Shown: in pieces, positions 7,578 to 17,315 of the stretch
Layout of the letters: each line of letters begins with the position of its first letter
How positions within the stretch are numbered: the stretch's first letter is position 1
Origin: Planctomycetota bacterium
GTDB lineage: Bacteria > Planctomycetota > B15-G4 > SIAN01
Direction of reading: 5' to 3'
Length of the DNA: 64,000 nt
NCBI GenBank assembly: GCA_031409275.1
Contig: JANNXA010000051.1
Location: 32,001-96,000, forward strand
Program-made: the position numbers and the translations under genes
The notes under the pieces: generated by a model
The model's input: the letters and a program-made list of their open reading frames with translations, nothing else
What the model was told of the DNA's origin: nothing
The model's database searches: none

Positions 7578-10280
7578 ATGGAGCCGCCTGCCCCACCGAC
7601 GCCGCTGCGCGAGCTCGTCGCGCAGGTGATCGAGCGCTTCGAGGAGGAAGGCTTGAACGCGCTCGAGCAGGTGTGCGCGGCTCATCCCGAACTCGCCGCC
7701 AGCTTGCGCCAGCGCATCGAAACGCTCGATCGCCACGGATTGCTGCACGCCAAGTCGCGCACGCCGCGCGCCATCCCGAACCAGCTCGGCGACTTCGACC
7801 TGCTCGATCGGCTCGGCGCGGGCGGCATGGGCGTGGTCTACCTCGCGCGGCAGCGCTCGTTGCAGCGACTCGTCGCGCTCAAGCTGATCCGCCCCGAGCT
7901 GCTGCTGTTCGACGGACCGGGGTCGACGCGCGCCCGTTTCGACCGCGAAGTGGCGGCGATCGCCAAGCTGCGCCACCCCGGCATCGTTCCGATCTACTTC
8001 GTCGGCGAGGAGGGCGATCTCCCCTACTTCGCGATGGAGTGGATCGAGGGGGCGAGCCTCAGTGCGCTGCTCGAGAAGCTGCCCGCCCGCGATCCGCGTC
8101 GGCTCGACGGATCGGCGTGGGCGCCGGCACTGACCGCCGCCATGGCACGACCGAGCGAAGCGGTCGCTCGCGAAGCGGCGGCTCCGGTGCGCCTCGACGA
8201 GCTCGCGACGCTCTCGTGGATCGATGGCTGCGCCCGCCTGCTGCTCGCCGCCGCCGAGTCGGTCGCGCACGCCCATTCGCGCGGAGTGCTGCACCGCGAC
8301 TTGAAGCCGTCGAACCTCATGCTCGCGGCCGACGGGCGGCTCCTGCTGGTCGACTTCGGCCTCGCGTCGACGAGCGGCACGAGCCGCATCACGCGCGACG
8401 GCTCGGAACTCGGCTCGCTGCCCTACCTCTCGCCGGAGCAGATCTCCCACGGCATGGAGGCCGTCGGCGAGGCGAGCGACGTCTACGCGCTGGGCGTGAC
8501 CTTCTACGAGCTGCTGACGCTGCGCAAGGCGTTCTTCGAACGCGACGCGGGACTCACGCGCGCGCGCATCCTGGCCGGCGAATTCGCGCCGCCGCGCGCG
8601 CTCCATCCCGGCCTCCCAACCGACGTCGAGACGGTCTGCCTGACGGCGATGGAACGTGATCGGGAGCGCCGTTACCGCAGCGCGGAGGCGTTCGCCGCCG
8701 ACCTGCGCCACCTGCTCGCACGGCAGCCGATCGCCGCACGGCCGCCGGGAATCGCCCTGCGCTCGCGCCGCTTCGCGCAGCGCCATCCGGCGGCGACGGT
8801 GGGAGCGCTGCTCGGCGCCTGCATCGCGTTGGGCGCGCCCTCCCTGTGGGGCTTCCTCGAACATCGCCGCAGCCGCGACCTCGCCGAAGCCGGCGCTCGC
8901 CTCACGACGGAACTCGCGGCGACCAAAGCGGCCAACGCCCGCGCCCAGCGGGCGGCGCAGAACGCTCGCACCGCGGTGACCGAGTTCCTCGGCCGGGTCG
9001 GCGCCGATCTGCTGAAGCAGGTGCCGCGTTCCGAGCAGGTGCGCCGCGATCTGCTCGAGCGCGCCTCTTCGATCTACGAAGGACTCCTGGCCGATTCGCC
9101 GGACGAGCTGCCCCTGCGGCTCGAGGTGGCGCAGCACTTCCGGTTGCTCGCGATGCGCTGCCAGGAACAAGGCGACCTCGAGGCGAGCGAACGTGCCTAC
9201 GGTCGCGCCGAAGCGCTTCTCGACGAAGTGCAGGCCACGAGCAGCGACGACGCCGATTGGCAGCGCACGCTCGCGATGGTGGTCGGCGACCGCGGCTCGT
9301 CGCGGATGAGCGCCGCTCGCATCGACGCCGAGGTCGAGCGCGACCTCGCACGCGCCGCCGATCTGCTCGAGTCGTTGGCGCGTCGCTTTCCCCGCCGCGA
9401 TCCGCAGCTCGATGCCAATGCCGTCACCATGCTGCTCTTGAGTGGTGACCTTCAATCGCTGAACGACCGCTTTGTCGAGGCGCTCGTCGCCTACGACCGC
9501 GCGCTGGCGCTCGCCCACGAACTTGGCGTCGACACGCGCCGCGACGACGCCTCGCGCAAGCCCGTCTACAGCCTGCGCAGCCATCGCGCGGCGGCGCTGC
9601 GGAATCTCGGTCGGATCGGCGACGCGATCGTCGAATACGAAGCGCTTGCGGCGACGCTCGCCGAGGAACTCAGCGCGGCGCCACGCCATCGCGAGCTGCG
9701 CCAATTCCGCGGCGAGGCGCTGACCAACCTCGGCTCGCTGCTCGTCGACGAAGCGCGCCAGGAGGACGCGATCGACGTGCTGCGCGAAGCAGCCGAGCTC
9801 TTCGACGGACTCGCGGCCGATTTCCCGGCGACGCCGGTGCTCCGCTACGCGCTGCTGATCGCACTCGACTCGTTGGCGATGGCCGAGCAGGAAGTCGACG
9901 ATGAGCGGTGGGGCACGACCGTCATGCGCGGTCAGAAGCTCGCCGACGATCTCGCGCAGGCGGGCTACCGCGGGCCGAGCTTCCTCGAACTGCGCATCGA
10001 TGCGGCGCTGCGGACCGCGATCCGCCTCGATCGAGCCGACGAGCGCGCGGCTGCCACTCGCGCCTTGCAGGGCGCGCTCGAAGTCGCGCTGACCGAGCCG
10101 GAGGAGACCGGCCTGCAACGACGGCGCGCCGCGGCGCTGAACGTGTTCGCGGCGCTCGCGGAGCGCGCGACGGAGAGCGCGCAAGAGCGCCTCGCGGTGA
10201 AACAGGCCGCCGCGCAACTGCGCGCTGAGTTTCCTGACGACGAGGCGGTCCTGAATGCGACGGAGAAAGAACGCGCCTGA
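7578..10280 (+). CDS. Hanks-type Ser/Thr protein kinase with TM segment and C-terminal TPR-like helical repeats
   Basis: LGAGGMGVVY, VALK, HRDLKPSN, DFG, GSLPYLSPEQ, DVYALG, RY.SA; hydrophobic segment ATVGALLGACIALGA; helical-repeat C-terminus. Confidence 0.93.
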   Translation: MEPPAPPTPLRELVAQVIERFEEEGLNALEQVCAAHPELAASLRQRIETLDRHGLLHAKSRTPRAIPNQLGDFDLLDRLGAGGMGVVYLARQRSLQRLVALKLIRPELLLFDGPGSTRARFDREVAAIAKLRHPGIVPIYFVGEEGDLPYFAMEWIEGASLSALLEKLPARDPRRLDGSAWAPALTAAMARPSEAVAREAAAPVRLDELATLSWIDGCARLLLAAAESVAHAHSRGVLHRDLKPSNLMLAADGRLLLVDFGLASTSGTSRITRDGSELGSLPYLSPEQISHGMEAVGEASDVYALGVTFYELLTLRKAFFERDAGLTRARILAGEFAPPRALHPGLPTDVETVCLTAMERDRERRYRSAEAFAADLRHLLARQPIAARPPGIALRSRRFAQRHPAATVGALLGACIALGAPSLWGFLEHRRSRDLAEAGARLTTELAATKAANARAQRAAQNARTAVTEFLGRVGADLLKQVPRSEQVRRDLLERASSIYEGLLADSPDELPLRLEVAQHFRLLAMRCQEQGDLEASERAYGRAEALLDEVQATSSDDADWQRTLAMVVGDRGSSRMSAARIDAEVERDLARAADLLESLARRFPRRDPQLDANAVTMLLLSGDLQSLNDRFVEALVAYDRALALAHELGVDTRRDDASRKPVYSLRSHRAAALRNLGRIGDAIVEYEALAATLAEELSAAPRHRELRQFRGEALTNLGSLLVDEARQEDAIDVLREAAELFDGLAADFPATPVLRYALLIALDSLAMAEQEVDDERWGTTVMRGQKLADDLAQAGYRGPSFLELRIDAALRTAIRLDRADERAAATRALQGALEVALTEPEETGLQRRRAAALNVFAALAERATESAQERLAVKQAAAQLRAEFPDDEAVLNATEKERA

Positions 10281-10517
10281 CTCGATGTCGCGGTGGCGAT
10301 CGGGAATGGCGACGGCGTCGGCACGTTCGGCACGCCGGTCGGTGTCGAGGATGCGTCGATCGTCACCCACCAGGGTCGCACCCTGCTGATGACTCCTTTG
10401 CGGTCGAGCCCGCTCTTCGCGTCGGTGCTGCGCGCGAGCGCCGGTGGCGACCTCCCGAATGACCCGTCGCTCGCGGACGGTCACCACCGCTCGCGAGCGA
10501 CGTCTTCCTGGCGATGA
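10281..10517 (+). pseudogene. Possible remnant of an FG-GAP/VCBS-repeat gene, or a short ORF
   Basis: Reads LDVAVAIGNGDGVGTFGTPV...LPNDPSL directly after the kinase stop; resembles an FG-GAP GNGDGTF motif. No clear RBS. Confidence 0.3.
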
Positions 10518-11596
10518 ACTCGCCCGCGCCTGACCCTCCACCCGACGCTGTACCGCGGACGCCGCTGCCGCCGCCGCTGCACGCCGCGCTGCTGATCGCG
10601 CTGGCGCTCCCGAACGAACGGGAGCTCGGTCTGCTGCGCGCGCAACAGCTCGCTCAACCGGGCGCGCCTCCGTCACGTGCGGACGGAGTGAGCGCTCGCT
10701 TGCTCGGAAGGCTGGCGCAGCTCGCCGCGGCCGGAGCCGCCATCGCGGAAGCGCAACGCGCGCGCTCTCTCGGACTCGCCCTCATCGATTGGAACGACCC
10801 GCTCTATCCACGCGGGCTGCTCGATCTGGCGGGCCCACCGCCGCTGCTCTACGTGCGTGGCGCCGGCACGCTGCCGACGGAGCGCACCATCGCGATCGTC
10901 GGCGCGCGCGCCTCCACCGCGCGCGGTCGCGCCTTCGCCCACGCGCTGGGCCAGGGGGTCGCCGAGCGCGGCGGCACCGTCGTCTCTGGACTCGCCATCG
11001 GCATCGACCAGGCTGCGCACGAAGGCGCGCTGGCCGCCGAGGGGTGCTGCTGCGCGGTGCTCGCCTGCGGCCTCGACCAGATCTATCCGCCCGGAGCGCG
11101 TCCGCTGGCGGAGCGCATCGCCGCCACCGGCACCATCTTGAGCGAGATGCCCATCGGCGAGCCGCCCTACAAGAATCACTTCCCGCGCCGGAACCGCCTG
11201 CTCGCCGCCCTCGCGCGCGCGACACTCGTGGTCGAAGCGGACCTGCACAGCGGGTCGTTGGTCACCGCGCATCGCGCACTCGATCTGGGTCGAAGCGTAC
11301 ACGCCGTGCCCGGCGCCATCGACGCGACGGTGAGCCGAGGCACCAACCGCTTGATCCGAGACGGTGCCCACCCGCTGCTCGAGATCGACGACCTCGACCT
11401 GCTGCTGCCCGGCGGCGCCCGGCGCGTACCCGAAGGCGAGACGCTGCTGCGCGAGCTCGCTTCGCCGTGCGCCGCCGAGGAGCTGGCGCACCGCTGCGGA
11501 CGGCCGGTCGATCGGGTGCTGCTGGCGCTGGTCGAACTCGAAGCGGCCGGTCGCATCGAACGACTCGGCGGCGGGCTCTATGTGCGCAGCCGCTGA
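10514..11596 (+). CDS. dprA: DNA-processing protein DprA/Smf
   Basis: YPRGL..PPPLLYVRG, IAIVGAR, VSGLAIGIDQAAH, FPRRNRLLA, VVEADLHSGSLVTA, C-terminal winged-helix LVELEAAG. Confidence 0.95.
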   Translation: MNSPAPDPPPDAVPRTPLPPPLHAALLIALALPNERELGLLRAQQLAQPGAPPSRADGVSARLLGRLAQLAAAGAAIAEAQRARSLGLALIDWNDPLYPRGLLDLAGPPPLLYVRGAGTLPTERTIAIVGARASTARGRAFAHALGQGVAERGGTVVSGLAIGIDQAAHEGALAAEGCCCAVLACGLDQIYPPGARPLAERIAATGTILSEMPIGEPPYKNHFPRRNRLLAALARATLVVEADLHSGSLVTAHRALDLGRSVHAVPGAIDATVSRGTNRLIRDGAHPLLEIDDLDLLLPGGARRVPEGETLLRELASPCAAEELAHRCGRPVDRVLLALVELEAAGRIERLGGGLYVRSR

Positions 11597-11618
11597 TCGA
11601 GCGCGCGGCCGATTCGGG

Positions 11619-11822
11619 CTAGAGCCACGCAGCGAGCAGGTAGCCGCCCACGCCGAACAATGCGATCGAGATCGACGCGAAGAGGAGACCGCGGCGCACG
11701 CCGACGCGAATGATCTCGCCGACGTCGTCGCGACGCAGCCCGTTGTAGACCACCGACACCAGCAGCACGAGGAGGACGAACCAGCCGAGGTGCTCGAGGA
11801 GCTCGCCGTAGCGGATGTTCAC
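11619..11822 (-). CDS. Small two-TM hypothetical membrane protein, 67 aa
   Basis: Two hydrophobic segments; GTG start overlaps the upstream stop (GTGA), preceded by GGAG. Confidence 0.7.
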   Translation of the reverse strand: MNIRYGELLEHLGWFVLLVLLVSVVYNGLRRDDVGEIIRVGVRRGLLFASISIALFGVGGYLLAAWL

Positions 11823-12259
11823 GCCGATCGCTCCGCCGCGGCCAAAGCGCCAGCGCTGGTCACGCCGTCATTGGCCGAGAGTTCCTTCGGTCGCGGGTAG
11901 GCCGTCTCGTAGACGTCGACCATCACGCAGAGGTTCATCAGCCCGGCAACCGTCGCGAAGAGCCGCCCCACCTCGAGGCGCGGATGCTCGGCGACCAGTT
12001 GCAGGCCGTGGGTCAGCCACAGCGTGGGGAACGTGAGCCCGGCGTAGAGCCCTTCCCCGAGCAGATAGAGGAAGAAGTCGTCGTCGGAACGCACCGCGCG
12101 GAACTCGGCCAGCACCAGGCCGATGACGAACATCGCCGTCAGCACGATGGCGTAGAGCAGCGCCTTCTTCCGTCGACCGAGCAGCCAATGGCCGGCGCCT
12201 GGGATGATCCACGTGGCGACGATGCAGATGAAGACGGTGGCCGGACTGTACCGGCGCAT
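11819..12259 (-). CDS. DUF6677-like membrane protein
   Basis: ATG 12259; WIIPGAGHWLLGRRKKA, and VAGLMNLCVMVDVY near the C-terminus; 3-4 TM segments. Family call is from recall. Confidence 0.75.
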   Translation of the reverse strand: MRRYSPATVFICIVATWIIPGAGHWLLGRRKKALLYAIVLTAMFVIGLVLAEFRAVRSDDDFFLYLLGEGLYAGLTFPTLWLTHGLQLVAEHPRLEVGRLFATVAGLMNLCVMVDVYETAYPRPKELSANDGVTSAGALAAAERSA

Positions 12260-12341
12260 CGGCGGGGCTTCTTCGCTCGGTGTGGGCAAGGCTCGCTCGC
12301 AGCTCTTCTTTGGAAGGGCGCCTCTATACATCATCACGCCC

Positions 12342-12803
12342 ATGAACCCAGCGACCGCCACCGTCCACCGCACCCGCACCGCCGTCCGCTACCACGAAAC
12401 GGACCAGATGGGCGTCGTCCACCACTCGAACTACATCCGTTGGTTCGAGCTCGGCCGCACCGAGATGATGAAGGCGCACGGCTTCGACTACGCCGCGCTC
12501 GAACGCGAGGGCTGTCTGCTGGCCGTGGTCGACGTCGGCCTGCGCTACCTCGCTCCCGCCCGCTTCGGCGAGGAGGTCGTGATCGACAGCTGGATCGCGG
12601 AGGTGGAACGCGTGCGCGTGCGCTTCGAATACGTGGTGCGCCGCGCCGATGGCGCCGAGGCGCCGCTTTGTCGCGGCCACACGCTGCTGGCCAGCGTCGA
12701 TCGCACCCTGGTGCCGCGCCGGATCCCCGAAGCCGTTCGCGCGCGCATGGTCGCCCTGCATGGAAGCGGGCCGGACGCCAAAGCGAACGCCCGCCCCACC
12801 TGA
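12342..12803 (+). CDS. Acyl-CoA thioesterase, YbgC/4HBT hotdog family
   Basis: VRYHETDQMGVVHHSNYIRWFELGRTE, YLAPARFGE. Confidence 0.93.
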   Translation: MNPATATVHRTRTAVRYHETDQMGVVHHSNYIRWFELGRTEMMKAHGFDYAALEREGCLLAVVDVGLRYLAPARFGEEVVIDSWIAEVERVRVRFEYVVRRADGAEAPLCRGHTLLASVDRTLVPRRIPEAVRARMVALHGSGPDAKANARPT

Positions 12804-12851
12804 CGCCTCCGTTGCCGTCGACGCTCGGGGCGACGCTGACGTGCGCTCGCG

Positions 12852-13895
12852 TCAGCGGCGCGCGGTGCGCGCGGACTCGAGGAGTCGCTGCGCCCGCGCG
12901 AGCGCGATGCGATGCGGCCCGACCTGGGTGTTGATCGACTCGACGAGAACGTCGCGCAGTCGCCGACCGATGCCGGAAAGCTCCTTCGGCGGCTCGAAAC
13001 CGTGGAGCGCCGGACCGCAACCGCGAATGACCGCCCCCGCGTTCACCAGCAGGTCGGGGGCGTAGAGGATGCCGCGCGCGGCGAGCCGATCGCCCGCGGC
13101 GAGCGTCGCGAGCTGATCGTTGGCGGCGCCGCAGACGATCCGACAGCGCAGCCGCTCGACACTCGCGTCGTCGAGGATGCCGCCGCCTGCGCACGGCGCG
13201 AACAGGTCGCATTCGGTGTCGAGGATCCGATCGGGTTCGACGAGCTGTAGAGGCAGCGTGTCCGCGGCACGCCCGGCGCGCTCCGCGTCGTAGTCGGTGG
13301 CGACGACGCGAGCACCGGCGCGCCGCGCCCGCATCGCGAGCTTCATCCCGATGGCGCCGAGCCCCTGGATGGCGATCGTCAAGCCGCTCCATTCCGCGAC
13401 ACCGAGCACGTCGAGCGCGGTGCCCGCCGCGAGGAAGACGCCCTCGGCCGTCGCCTCGGCAAGGTCGACCTCGACCCCATGTTCGGGAGTGGCGACAAAG
13501 CGAGTGGTGGTGGCCATCGCGGCGAGATCGCGGGCGTTGGTGCCGAGATCACCGGCCGTGCAGAAGCGCCCCCCCATCCGTTCGATCTGCCGGCCAAGCG
13601 CCGCATAGGCGGCGCGGCGATCGAGACCGCCGTGGTCGAGGATGACCGCCTTGCCACCGCCCGCCGGCAGTTCCGCGAGCAGCACCTTCCTCGTCATCCC
13701 TTCGGCGAGGCGGCAGGCATCGGCGAGCGCCGCCGCCTCGTCGGCGTAGCGCTGGCAGCGGACCCCGCCAAGCGCCGGCCCCGCCGAGGTGTCGTGGAGG
13801 ACGACGATCGCTCGCAGCCCGCTGGCGCGATCGGAGAAGTAGTGCACCTCCTCGAATGCGCCGGACAGATGATGGTGGGCGGGCGCGGCGGACAC
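12852..13895 (-). CDS. Leu/Phe/Val dehydrogenase
   Basis: GPALGGVR, RLAEGMTRK, GGGKAVI, TAGDLGT, QGLGAIG, APCAGGG, GAANDQL, YAPDLLVNAG; GTG start after GGAGGTG. Confidence 0.92.
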   Translation of the reverse strand: MSAAPAHHHLSGAFEEVHYFSDRASGLRAIVVLHDTSAGPALGGVRCQRYADEAAALADACRLAEGMTRKVLLAELPAGGGKAVILDHGGLDRRAAYAALGRQIERMGGRFCTAGDLGTNARDLAAMATTTRFVATPEHGVEVDLAEATAEGVFLAAGTALDVLGVAEWSGLTIAIQGLGAIGMKLAMRARRAGARVVATDYDAERAGRAADTLPLQLVEPDRILDTECDLFAPCAGGGILDDASVERLRCRIVCGAANDQLATLAAGDRLAARGILYAPDLLVNAGAVIRGCGPALHGFEPPKELSGIGRRLRDVLVESINTQVGPHRIALARAQRLLESARTARR

Positions 13896-14065
13896 GGCAA
13901 TCACCTCCGTGGCAGCGGGTCGGAATCGCGGACGAAGGATAGCGGTCGCTGCGCGCGGCGGCAGCGGCCGGTACGCTCGGGCGCAGCGACCCACGACTGC
14001 CGCGGGAAGAGTGGCGCCCGGTCGCGGTCTGAGCGGAACCACGCATTCCTTCGCGGAGCTCGTCG

Positions 14066-15055
14066 ATGATCCGTCTGTCGCGGTCGTTCGCCCTCGTGTT
14101 GCCGCTCGCGCTCTTCGCCTGCAAGAGCGCCGACCCGAAGATCGAACCGCTGCAGCCCCGCGAGATGGAAGCGCTCGAAGCGTTGCGTCGGTACGACCCG
14201 AAGACGGGACAGGTGAAGGACAAGGGAACGCTCTTCGTTTCGCTCGACCAGAACCTGCGCAAGTGGCGCGAACTCGGGACGAGGACCGAGATCGCCGACA
14301 TCGACCAGCGCACCAGCCTCGAAGTCGTGCTGACGCGGCAGGTCTACTACAACTTCGACACGATCCTCGGCGAGCTCGAACACGGCACCGACCCCGAGCA
14401 TCGAGTCACAGCGGCCGCCGCCGTCGGATTCAGCCGCATCCCCGCTCCCGATCAGCCTGGCGGCGACCCGGCCTTCCCCCTGATCCATCCGCGCGCGGTC
14501 GCGCCGTTGATCACCGTCATCGAATCGGGGCAGGACGAGCTCGTGATCAACGCGCTCCTCTCGCTCGGGCGCATCGCGGCGCCGGAGACACCGCGCGACC
14601 TGCTGATCGAGCTGATGGTCAAGCACCACAACGCCGACGTGCGCGCGAATGCGGCGCTGGCGCTCGCGCAGGTCGCGACGCCGGCCGACGCTCCGCTGCT
14701 GATGGCGCCGCTCTTCTCGTCGCTTGGCGATCCCAATCCGATGGTCCGCCTCCACGCCGTGAAGGCGCTCGGCAAGATCGGCGACCGGACAGCGCACGGT
14801 CCGTTGATCGACCGCCTGCGCCGCGATGACACGCCGCTCGTGCAGGCGTGCGCCGCGCTCGAGCTCGGCAAGATCGGCGATTGGGGCACCGTCAACTACC
14901 TGATCGACGGCCTCGAATCGTCTGCTCCGCTGGTCGCGTTCCAATGCCATCAGGCGCTGGTGCGAATCACGAAGCGCACCGATCTGAAGGGCTACCGCGC
15001 GTGGCGCGAGTGGTGGATGGAAGCGGCGCAGAACAACGACCGGCCGCACACCTGA
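14066..15055 (+). CDS. HEAT-repeat lipoprotein
   Basis: Lipobox LALFAC; repeats VRANAALALAQV, VRLHAVKALGKIGD, VQACAALELGKIGD. Confidence 0.85.
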   Translation: MIRLSRSFALVLPLALFACKSADPKIEPLQPREMEALEALRRYDPKTGQVKDKGTLFVSLDQNLRKWRELGTRTEIADIDQRTSLEVVLTRQVYYNFDTILGELEHGTDPEHRVTAAAAVGFSRIPAPDQPGGDPAFPLIHPRAVAPLITVIESGQDELVINALLSLGRIAAPETPRDLLIELMVKHHNADVRANAALALAQVATPADAPLLMAPLFSSLGDPNPMVRLHAVKALGKIGDRTAHGPLIDRLRRDDTPLVQACAALELGKIGDWGTVNYLIDGLESSAPLVAFQCHQALVRITKRTDLKGYRAWREWWMEAAQNNDRPHT

Positions 15056-15086
15056 CGCGCGCCGCGAAGGCGTGGCCGGGTCGTGA

Positions 15087-15959
15087 CTAGCGGCCGCGCC
15101 CGAACACGCGCCAGCCGAGCCGATGCCAGAAGATCGACCTCGCGCGGCATGCCGCGACGGCCCGCCACAACGCGTGGCGACGCCACACGGTCGGCGGCGC
15201 CTCGCGGCGAGCGGCGATCGCGTAGGCGCGGACGAAACCCGCGAGTTCGCGCGCCTTTAGCGACCTCCCGAGCAGGCCGAGCTTCTCGACGGAACGCAGC
15301 AGTCGAGCGAGGTTGCCGACGGCCGCCTTGAACGCCACCCCTTCGCTCGCGCAGCGCGACTTGTCGAAATCGAGCAGCCATGCGCGCGGCGGAGAGCGTT
15401 CGAGCAGGACGTTCTTCGCGTTCAGATCGGCGTGAACGCAGCCGGCGGCGTGGAGCGCCCGCACCACGCCCGCCGCGGCCGCCACCAGCGCGCAGCGCTC
15501 GACCGCCGTCGCAACGGTCGGCAACAAGGTCGCAGCGTCGCGCGCGTCGCGCAGCTCGAACGTCGCAAAATCGAGGATGACTCCGCCGTCGACGCGACGT
15601 GCGCGCGCGAAAGCGAACGGGGCGACCGAAACGCGTGCCGCCTCCAGCTGAAGCTGCGCCGCCAGCAACGCTTCGAGACGAGTCGAGTCGCTGAACCGCG
15701 CGCCGCGAAAGCGACCCGCAAGGCCGCCGCGGCGCAGCTCTTTCGCCACGACGAAGCGGCCGTCGAGGATCAGGCGCGAGGGCGCACCGCGGCCGCGAAA
15801 CGCGGTCGCCTGAGCGCCCGCCAGCCGATCGAGCGGGAGTTCTTCCAGCAATCCGGCCGCAAGCGCCGCCGGCAGCAGCGAGGGAAGAGCCCACAAGGTG
15901 ACCCTGCCATCGGCCGACTTGCGTCGCTCCAATCCGTGCTTGTCGATCCCCTCGTTCAT
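15087..15959 (-). CDS. Kdo kinase / lipopolysaccharide kinase family protein (KdkA-like)
   Basis: RGRGA, VAKELRRGG, LHAAGCVHADLNAKNVL, WLLDFDKS, NLARLLRSVEK. Confidence 0.85.
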   Translation of the reverse strand: MNEGIDKHGLERRKSADGRVTLWALPSLLPAALAAGLLEELPLDRLAGAQATAFRGRGAPSRLILDGRFVVAKELRRGGLAGRFRGARFSDSTRLEALLAAQLQLEAARVSVAPFAFARARRVDGGVILDFATFELRDARDAATLLPTVATAVERCALVAAAAGVVRALHAAGCVHADLNAKNVLLERSPPRAWLLDFDKSRCASEGVAFKAAVGNLARLLRSVEKLGLLGRSLKARELAGFVRAYAIAARREAPPTVWRRHALWRAVAACRARSIFWHRLGWRVFGRGR

Positions 15960-15976
15960 CGGGTATCCCGCGCACC

Positions 15977-17053
15977 ATGATGGCCGACGGCAAACTCCTC
16001 GTCATCCGGCTGAGCGCGCTCGGCGACGTTCTTTTCACGCTGCCGGCCGTCCATGCCCTGCTCACGGCGCGACCGCAGCTGGCCATCGATTGGGTCATCG
16101 AGGAGCGCGCCGCGTCGCTGCTCGACCTCTATCCAGGAATCCGCCAGCGCCTCATCTGGCGGCGCTCCGCCATGGTGCGAGAGGCGAAGAACCCGCTGCG
16201 TTGGCCGGCCGCCGCCGCTGCCCTGGTGCGCCACGCCTCGGCGCTGCGACGCGAACGGTACGACGCCGTCCTCGACTTCCAGGGCAACCTGAAGAGCGGC
16301 GCGCACGCGCTGCTTGCCCGCGGCGCGCGCAAGCTCGGCTTCGACCGCTCGCACAGCAAGGAGGCCAGCTGGTTGGCGAGCCGCGAACGCGTCGCGCCGC
16401 CACCGGGACCGCTCCACCGCATCGACCTCGCGCTGGCGCTCGCGCGCGCCTTCGCGCCGGAGCTGCCGCTGCTCGCGCCCGCGCCGCCGCTGCTGGTGCC
16501 GGCGGCCGCCAGCGCGTTCGCCGAGCAGGAGCTCGACGCGCTCGGGCTGGCGAAGCGCCCCTTCGCGATCCTCCACCCTGGCACGTCGGCCTTCGGCGCG
16601 TTCAAGCGCTGGCGGCCCGACCGCTTCGCCAACGTGGCCGACCTGTTGGCCAAGCGACTCGACCTGCCGACGCTCGTCACCTACGGCCCCGGCGAAGAGA
16701 CGCTTGCGGCGAAGGTCGTCGCGAACAGCAAGCACGGCGCGACCCGCATGGGGCCGCGCACCCGTTCGCTGCCGGAGCTGGCGGCACTGCTGCAGCGTGC
16801 GAGCGTCGTCGTCGCAAGCGATTCGGCGGCGCTGCACCTCGCCGCGTTCCTCGGCACCCCCGTGGTGGCGCTGTTCGGGCCGAAGGACCCGCGCCTCTAC
16901 GGACCGCGCTTCGCACCGCTCGAAGTGGTGCACACGTGGCTCCCGTGCAGCCCGTGCACGCGCCGCACCTGCCCCGATGTACTGTGCATGGAGGAGATCA
17001 CCGTGCAACAGGTCTTCGAGGCGGCGCAGCGCCTCGTGCAACGCGCGGCGTAG
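15977..17053 (+). CDS. GT9 LPS heptosyltransferase (WaaC/WaaF-like)
   Basis: LVIRLSALGDV, YDAVLDFQGNLKS, HPGTS..KRW, SDSAALHLAAFLGTPVVALFGP, CSPC..CPD..CM. Confidence 0.93.
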   Translation: MMADGKLLVIRLSALGDVLFTLPAVHALLTARPQLAIDWVIEERAASLLDLYPGIRQRLIWRRSAMVREAKNPLRWPAAAAALVRHASALRRERYDAVLDFQGNLKSGAHALLARGARKLGFDRSHSKEASWLASRERVAPPPGPLHRIDLALALARAFAPELPLLAPAPPLLVPAAASAFAEQELDALGLAKRPFAILHPGTSAFGAFKRWRPDRFANVADLLAKRLDLPTLVTYGPGEETLAAKVVANSKHGATRMGPRTRSLPELAALLQRASVVVASDSAALHLAAFLGTPVVALFGPKDPRLYGPRFAPLEVVHTWLPCSPCTRRTCPDVLCMEEITVQQVFEAAQRLVQRAA

Positions 17054-17072
17054 CTCTCGAAGGGGTGACCCC

Positions 17073-17315
17073 ATGCGCAAGAGCTTCTTCCCGAAGGGCG
17101 TGGGCCGCTTCCCGACGGCGAGCGTCGGCCGCGGCCCTCTGGCGACGAACACGCCGGACACTCCACCGAGCTTCCGCGGTCGCCTGTTGCGGCAACGAAC
17201 GCCGCCGGCCGAGCGCCCTCTGCTGAGGGCGGTGATCTGGGTGTTGCTGCTGCTCGGCGCGTTCGCGCTGGTGACGGCGTTCAAGTTCTTCGCGAGTCGC
17301 GTCACGGCTGAGTGA
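17073..17315 (+). CDS. Small hypothetical protein with C-terminal TM helix, 80 aa
   Basis: ATG 17073 after GGGGTGA; hydrophobic AVIWVLLLLGAFALVTAF; fills the gap between GT9 and the convergent gene. Confidence 0.55.
   Translation: MRKSFFPKGVGRFPTASVGRGPLATNTPDTPPSFRGRLLRQRTPPAERPLLRAVIWVLLLLGAFALVTAFKFFASRVTAE

Noticed and set aside
7161..10676. 1171-aa minus-strand ORF, and similar long antisense ORFs at 21465-23909, 34108-36294, 38115-41045 and 59661-62159
   Set aside because: Each mirrors a well-supported gene on the other strand; stop-poor antisense frames are expected at this GC content.
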